A DNA stretch of 64,000 nucleotides, from NCBI GenBank assembly GCA_963848965.1, contig CAWKFG010000004.1:480001-544000 (forward strand), read 5' to 3'. The position numbers and the translations under genes were made by a program. A model generated the notes under the pieces. It saw only the letters and a program-made list of their open reading frames with translations. It ran no database searches and had not been told where the DNA came from. This DNA comes from an uncultured bacterium (GTDB taxonomy: Bacteria; Babelota; Babeliae; Babelales; Babelaceae). This document shows, piece after piece, positions 58,347 through 64,000 of the stretch. Position 1 is the first letter of the stretch. Every line of letters starts with the position of its first letter.

Positions 58347-60052
58347 GCATCTACTCTATCTTGTGAAGATGCAACAGAAAGCACTTCTTCAATAGTAGTA
58401 ACACCCTGCTTAATTCTGCGAATACCATCATCAATCAAAAGAGACATACCATCTTTTACAGCTTGTGCTTGAATAAGCGCTGTATCTGAACGTTCTAATG
58501 TAAGACGTGCGATCGGTTGTGTCATTACCATTATCTCAAAGATAGCCATTCGTCCTTTATATCCCGTTTGTGAACATTCTTCACAGCCTACTGGCTCATA
58601 GAACGTAATATTCTTAATCTCTTTTGGATTAATAGGAAGTCGCTTAAGAGCTTCTGGTGTTGGCTTATACTGTCGTTTACAGTTTTCACAGAGTCTACGC
58701 ACAAGACGCTGTGCTACTACTGCAATAATCGTAGAAGCTATAAGAAACGGCTCTATACCCATATCTATTAAACGAGTTATAGTCGCTGCAGCACTATTAG
58801 TATGTAAGGTACTTAATACAAGGTGACCAGTAAGTGCTGACTGAATAGCAATTTGGGCCGTTTCTTGGTCACGAGTTTCACCGATCATTATAATATCAGG
58901 GTCTTGTCGCAAAATAGAACGTAATGCGGCTGCAAAAGTAAGCCCTATACTCTCTTTTACCTGCACCTGGCCAATGCCTGCCATTTGATATTCAACAGGA
59001 TCTTCTACTGTTACAATATTTACTTCAAGAGAGTTAAGAGTACCTAAGATTGAGTAGAGAGTAGAGGTTTTACCAGAACCAGTAGGACCGGTGATTAAGA
59101 GAATTCCGTTTGGCTGCGAGATAGCATTTTTAATAACGCTATAATCGCGCTCACTAAAGCCTAGTCTATCCAGAGCTCCAAATGTTCTCGTTTTATCTAA
59201 AAGACGCATAACTACCCGCTCACCAAATGTTACTGGAAGAACGGATACACGAATATCAATAGCTTTATCTGCTATTTTAATTTGAATACGACCATCTTGA
59301 GGAATACGTTTCTCTGCAATATTAAGATTCGCCATAATTTTAATACGAGAAATTAAGGCTGCCTGTGCTCGCTTTGGTGGCGTAAACGCAGGATACATAA
59401 TACCATCAATACGATACCTTATACGCACCTCTTTTTCAAAAGGCTCTATATGGATATCAGAAGCACCGCGCTTTACTGCTTGATAAAAAATATGGTTTAC
59501 AAGCTTAATAATAGGAGCTTCGCTTGCCATACCAAGAATATCTTCTTCTTGAATAGTACCAAAATCAAGCTGATCAGCAATTTCTTTTTCCTCTTCAAGC
59601 TCTTCAATCATTTGCTTAGTGCCTTCAAGAGGATAATATCTATTAATTGCATCGATAATGATATTACGTGTAGATACTGCAGTGCGCACATCACCTTCTA
59701 GTAAAAGCGTAAGCTCGTCTATTGGCTGAAAATCAGTAGGATGTGCAGTAACAATAGTAATATGATCATTATAGAACACAGGTATAACACTATGCTCTCG
59801 CAAGAATCTCAGAGGTATCTTTGACAATAAGTCTGGATCAGCCATTTTTTCTGAAATACTTTCAATATAAAGAATACCAAACTGCTCAGCATAGGCTCGA
59901 GCAAGATCTTCATCTTTAACTAATGAATGAGCACGCAAATAATCTTCAAGCGACCGGTGCTCTGCATTACTTGCATTTTGATAATCTTCTATTTCTATAG
60001 GGGTAAAGAGTTTTTTATCAACAAGAATTTGTGCTAAACTTTTTCGTACCAT
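58343..60052 (-). CDS. gspE: Type II secretion / pilus assembly ATPase GspE (PulE/PilB family)
   Basis: ASDIHIEP, EKRIPQDG, GPTGSGKT, EDPVEY, LRQDPD, GHLVLSTLH and tetracysteine motif. Confidence 0.93.
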   Translation of the reverse strand: MVRKSLAQILVDKKLFTPIEIEDYQNASNAEHRSLEDYLRAHSLVKDEDLARAYAEQFGILYIESISEKMADPDLLSKIPLRFLREHSVIPVFYNDHITIVTAHPTDFQPIDELTLLLEGDVRTAVSTRNIIIDAINRYYPLEGTKQMIEELEEEKEIADQLDFGTIQEEDILGMASEAPIIKLVNHIFYQAVKRGASDIHIEPFEKEVRIRYRIDGIMYPAFTPPKRAQAALISRIKIMANLNIAEKRIPQDGRIQIKIADKAIDIRVSVLPVTFGERVVMRLLDKTRTFGALDRLGFSERDYSVIKNAISQPNGILLITGPTGSGKTSTLYSILGTLNSLEVNIVTVEDPVEYQMAGIGQVQVKESIGLTFAAALRSILRQDPDIIMIGETRDQETAQIAIQSALTGHLVLSTLHTNSAAATITRLIDMGIEPFLIASTIIAVVAQRLVRRLCENCKRQYKPTPEALKRLPINPKEIKNITFYEPVGCEECSQTGYKGRMAIFEIMVMTQPIARLTLERSDTALIQAQAVKDGMSLLIDDGIRRIKQGVTTIEEVLSVASSQDRVDA

Positions 60053-60170
60053 ACATTACTCCATTGGTATGTTCTTGGTTAACCATACCATACTCTCTTG
60101 TTTGTTGATAGAGAGTATCTTACACTTTTATGGATCTTAGTATTATTAACCTTACTATTTTATAGACTAT

Positions 60171-60415
60171 ATGTTCATAAATAAGCAAAGCTTTTTCATA
60201 GCCTTCTCCTTCTTTTGTCTTCATACAAACCTATTCGTATATCTAAACAGTACTCCCTACATCACGCTTCTTATGAAAGCACAAAAGCAGATCTGCCTTA
60301 TATAAAAATCGACTTAACAGGTCACAAGCCGATTAATGATCAGCTCTCTTCTAAAGCCGAAATCTACAGAGCAAAAAAACATTTTTAGACGCTCGTCCTA
60401 CAGCTTCACGATTAG
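60171..60415 (+). pseudogene. Possible frameshifted small secreted-protein gene
   Basis: Signal-like MFINKQSFFIAFSFFCLH.. followed by an open stretch in another frame. Confidence 0.25.
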
Positions 60416-60639
60416 ATCTTGTAGAAACTCATATACCTTCACCGCAAGAGCGTTTTACACACGAGAGAAAAGAGATAACAGAATGGAGCAAAAGAATAAA
60501 AGAACAAAGCTAAGCTTATATGTATAGTATACTATTTTTTTAAAAAAATGTCTATACTGAAGAGCTTTCTCCTCAAGTTGCTCACACTGAAAAAAGCAAA
60601 AAAGTCCCAGAATTATCTGAGGCTCTTAGCTCTATGTTT

Positions 60640-61761
60640 TCAATGAGCAGAAGACATGCTATGACTAAGGATTTCTTTGATCTTATTCACTTCTTGTATA
60701 ACGCTAAAAAAAGGATCGTATTTTACATACATTAAAGCGGTTAAACCTTTCTTATCTGTAATATGAGGATTTGCACCACGAGCTAATAACAGTTCTATGA
60801 CTTGCGTATTATTATTTTCTGCAGCAATCATAAGAGCTGTCTTACCCTTATTGTCTTGTGCATTAATACAACAATCTGCACCACGATCTAGTACTAATCT
60901 TACTATTTCTTCATTGCCTTGAGCTGCAGCAACCATTAAAACAGTTAAACCTTCATTAGTTTTAGCAGCAACATCAGCTTTATTATCTAAGAACATTTCT
61001 ACTATGTCTTTACGTCCACTTCCTACAGCATCCATTAAGGCACATCCAGCCTGACTTGTTCGTGCATTAACATGCGCCCCTTTCTTGAGAGCTAGTTCTA
61101 CTACTTTTTCATAGCCTTTTGCTGCAGCAACCATTAAAGGAGTAATGCCATCTTCGCTAAAAAAAGAATTTGATTTATACGTAATATTAACATCTGCACC
61201 GGCATCTATAAGCAGCAGTAATACCTCTTTATTATCTACATTTGCTTGTGCTGACAGTGCAAACGTCAAAGCTGTAAAGGTATCTTTTGCTCTATGATTA
61301 ACATCCGCTTTTGCTTGAAGAAGAAGTTTTACTATCTGCAGGTAATTTCGACCAGACGCTTCCATAAGAGCAGTATAGCCTCTAGAATCACATGCATTCA
61401 CATCAGCTCCTGCTTGCAAAAGCAATTCTACTATTTTTACATGACCTTCGTTACATAGCTTTCTTGAAGCAACTGCCACTAATAAAGGAAGCCTAGCTTG
61501 GTCATTGAGATCATGTGCAAATGCAGCATTAGGATTACCACCTTGCTTTAGGAATTGCTCTAGTATCTGGGGAAAACCTCCACTTATAGCGGTAAAAAGG
61601 TTTGAATGATAGGGAACTAGATCCTCTTTGCTTATCTTAGGCTTTTTACAAACGTCAGTGTACTTAAGTTCTCCTTTATCACTCGTTGTCTTGTCTTCTT
61701 CCATACCCCACATATACCAAGAAGCGAGAAAAGGAAGGACAAATAGTATTATTTTTATCAT
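60640..61761 (-). CDS. Exported ankyrin-repeat protein
   Basis: Signal ...MWG|MEE; GYTALMEAS, GITPLMVAA, GKTALMIAA repeats. Confidence 0.9.
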   Translation of the reverse strand: MIKIILFVLPFLASWYMWGMEEDKTTSDKGELKYTDVCKKPKISKEDLVPYHSNLFTAISGGFPQILEQFLKQGGNPNAAFAHDLNDQARLPLLVAVASRKLCNEGHVKIVELLLQAGADVNACDSRGYTALMEASGRNYLQIVKLLLQAKADVNHRAKDTFTALTFALSAQANVDNKEVLLLLIDAGADVNITYKSNSFFSEDGITPLMVAAAKGYEKVVELALKKGAHVNARTSQAGCALMDAVGSGRKDIVEMFLDNKADVAAKTNEGLTVLMVAAAQGNEEIVRLVLDRGADCCINAQDNKGKTALMIAAENNNTQVIELLLARGANPHITDKKGLTALMYVKYDPFFSVIQEVNKIKEILSHSMSSAH

Positions 61762-61958
61762 TATAGAGCCCTTTTTAATTATAAAGATCCGAAATAATCA
61801 TTTTTATCTATCATTCTATGCCATTTATCATATTTGTCAATAAATCCATGCGACTCTTTTTTAAGGAATTGAAGCTGAAAATCATTCCCTACTTGCTGCA
61901 AAGTTAATCATGTGGTACCTTAAAAGAAAGATAATTAACTCTCTAACTAGTGTAATTT

Positions 61959-62906
61959 ATGGATAAAAATCTACGTGCTTTACTTTGTATTACCCCTCTT
62001 ATTTTACTTACAAGTTGTACAACAAAACAGACAAAATTTTATCAAAGCAACTATACTCGCAGTCACCAGCCTGGTGGCAGTCAAGAAACTACCACAGAGC
62101 CAGCTCCAACACCACTAGCTCATGTGACACGGCGTACAAAGCAGAGTTCTTTTACCCCCATAGTTCACCACGATCCACACATAAAGGCTCCTTCCAAGTC
62201 CATTAAAGATATGAGCTTTAAAGAAGCTTTACAAGCAAAAGCATATCATCAAAAAATGCAAAATTCTGATATGATGATAAGATGTGCGCAACGGATGCTT
62301 GCAGTAGGTGGTGATCCTGAAGAGATGCGTAAAACACGCTTAGAACTCTCAGAGCTGTTTTTAGATAAAAATGATTATAAAGAAGCTGAAAAGTATGCAC
62401 TTGAATATCAAAAGCACTATCCTGGAAGTACTGAAGCTCTTGTTGCAGGATATACTGCTATTAAATCAAACTTTTTATCAAAGTTAAGTTCTGATAGAGA
62501 TCAAACAAAAACAGAAGCGACTATAAAGCTTTCTCAAGCATTTCTTGAAAAATATCCGCAGAATACTGAATATACGCAAAGCGTTAAAGATATGATGGAA
62601 GTATGCTATAAAGATCTCCTTGAAAGTGAAGTACATGTTATTAAGGCACAGCTTAATAAGTACAACATCACAAAAAGGGAAGCAGTACTCAGTGGTGCAC
62701 ATAAACGCATAGCGTATATCAAGGAAAAACTTCTTCCTCATGTACAAACTGAAACACCTCGTATTTTAGAGCTTGAGCTTACACTTGCACAAGTTACTGG
62801 CAAGCAAGAAATCATAAAGGCAAAAGAAGAAGAACTACGCGCTAAGTTTCCTGAACATAGCACTCTGCTTGCCCAAGCTTCTAAAAAATGGTGGCAGATA
62901 TTTTAA
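61959..62906 (+). CDS. Outer-membrane assembly lipoprotein BamD-like (TPR)
   Basis: Lipobox LTSC; 'Y..HYPGS', 'DRDQTKT..A...FLEKYP' pattern. Confidence 0.7.
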   Translation: MDKNLRALLCITPLILLTSCTTKQTKFYQSNYTRSHQPGGSQETTTEPAPTPLAHVTRRTKQSSFTPIVHHDPHIKAPSKSIKDMSFKEALQAKAYHQKMQNSDMMIRCAQRMLAVGGDPEEMRKTRLELSELFLDKNDYKEAEKYALEYQKHYPGSTEALVAGYTAIKSNFLSKLSSDRDQTKTEATIKLSQAFLEKYPQNTEYTQSVKDMMEVCYKDLLESEVHVIKAQLNKYNITKREAVLSGAHKRIAYIKEKLLPHVQTETPRILELELTLAQVTGKQEIIKAKEEELRAKFPEHSTLLAQASKKWWQIF

Positions 62907-64000
62907 AGCACAGTTTTAATATGCTCAACTGCTTGATTAAGTTGTACCATCTGTGCTTCAGTCTGGTTGCGAGCTTTAAGCTCAACACTGTTTTGCGCTA
63001 GTGTTTTTGAACTTATAATGACTCGCCATGGCATTCCTAAAAGATCTGCATCAGCAAACTTTTCACCTGCTTGCACATCTTTGCGGTCGTCATAAAGTAC
63101 CGTAATTCCTTGTTCCTGTAACTGCTTATAAAGCATTTCTGCTTTCTCTTGCTCTTCTGGACTTTTGACAAGTGAAATAAGGTGTACTTTAAAAGGAGCT
63201 ACTGAAGCAGGCCATATGATTCCTTTATCATCATGGAGTACTTCTACAATTGCACCTACCAAGCGTGAAGTGCCCATACCATAACAGCCCATCATTACTG
63301 GGCGTTGCTTACCTTCTTTATCGGTATAAGTAAGCTCAAATGCATCAGAAAAACGAGTCATAAGTTTAAAGATGTTACCAACTTCGATTGCTTTGCGCTC
63401 AATAAGCTCTGCTGTTTCACAGCCTGGACATGTCTTTTGGTCTTCAATTATCTCTTGGTTAATAGCAAGTTTGCATTTCTCACAGACAAAAATAATATCT
63501 TCACCATAAGGAGTAATCGTTTGAAATTCATGTGAGTATTTACTAAAAATACCGCCAGATGCATAGGTTAAATACGTAATATCTCCAAGACCGCAACGAG
63601 AGAAGATCTTTTTATACGCTTCTGTAACTCTTTCATAATAAGCATCAAGATCTTCAGCATTCGTATGAAATGAATAAAGATCTTTCATACGAAATTCACG
63701 ACCGCGTAAAAGACCAGATTTTGGTCGAGCTTCATTTCTAAATTTTGTTTGTACCTGATACACAGCTTGTGGTAAATCTTTATATGATTGTATATAAAGC
63801 TTTGCAAGCGGTGTTACTATTTCTTCATGCGTAGGACCTAAAGCAAGCTCTTTTTCTCGAACTTCAAGTTTGTAAAGCACATCTACTTTGTCCCAACGTC
63901 CGGTTTTTTCCCAATTCTCTTTAGGTTGCAATGCAGGCATAAGCAATTCTTGTCCACCTACAGCATTCATCTCTTCACGCACAATACGCTCAATGTTATT
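62903..64000 (-). CDS. proS: Proline--tRNA ligase (5' part outside the window)
   Basis: LGPTHEE, FRNEARPKSGLLRGREFRMKDLYSF, IEVGNIF, MGCYGMG and anticodon-binding domain. Confidence 0.97.
   Translation of the reverse strand, partial: NNIERIVREEMNAVGGQELLMPALQPKENWEKTGRWDKVDVLYKLEVREKELALGPTHEEIVTPLAKLYIQSYKDLPQAVYQVQTKFRNEARPKSGLLRGREFRMKDLYSFHTNAEDLDAYYERVTEAYKKIFSRCGLGDITYLTYASGGIFSKYSHEFQTITPYGEDIIFVCEKCKLAINQEIIEDQKTCPGCETAELIERKAIEVGNIFKLMTRFSDAFELTYTDKEGKQRPVMMGCYGMGTSRLVGAIVEVLHDDKGIIWPASVAPFKVHLISLVKSPEEQEKAEMLYKQLQEQGITVLYDDRKDVQAGEKFADADLLGMPWRVIISSKTLAQNSVELKARNQTEAQMVQLNQAVEHIKTVL

Noticed and set aside
1588..63535. Numerous 60-120 aa ORFs overlapping longer genes in the supplied track
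   Set aside because: They lie antisense or out of frame within well-supported CDSs and show no recognisable motifs.

Overview
AT-rich bacterial chromosome segment whose gene content points to an intracellular parasite of protists, most likely Candidatus Dependentiae (TM6/Babelota). This is inferred from the many signal-peptide ankyrin proteins, eukaryote-like MYND and F-box-like motifs, and T2SS/pilus parts. Housekeeping genes (prmC, mutL, rarA, msrAB, mgtE, RluD-like, tamB, gspE, BamD-like, proS, tRNA-Glu, tRNA-Lys) are mixed with putative effectors and an accessory region at about 26-44 kb. Most striking observation: downstream of tRNA-Glu(TTC) lies a tandem series of units. Each junction is a covarying REPIN-like double hairpin followed by TGGCGT (the antisense of the tRNA 3' end), then either the tRNA itself or a conserved orphan peptide tail (WRYLV[D/N]MFRN...) resembling a displaced integrase C-terminus. 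Two of the three hairpin modules sit directly upstream of an 80-aa stand-alone GIY-YIG nuclease, and no integrase is present. This suggests a tRNA-anchored cassette-accretion system. Other highlights: a conserved 'signal peptide + Met-Glu/Gln/Lys' N-terminus on about 16 unrelated exported proteins; F-box-like and MYND motifs in ankyrin proteins; 33-bp-period operator-like repeats upstream of both AAA_14/DUF4143 ATPase genes; a tnpA-less IS200/IS605 TnpB element with readable ends; and a possible leader peptide before a GNAT gene. All calls were made by eye; no searches were run.
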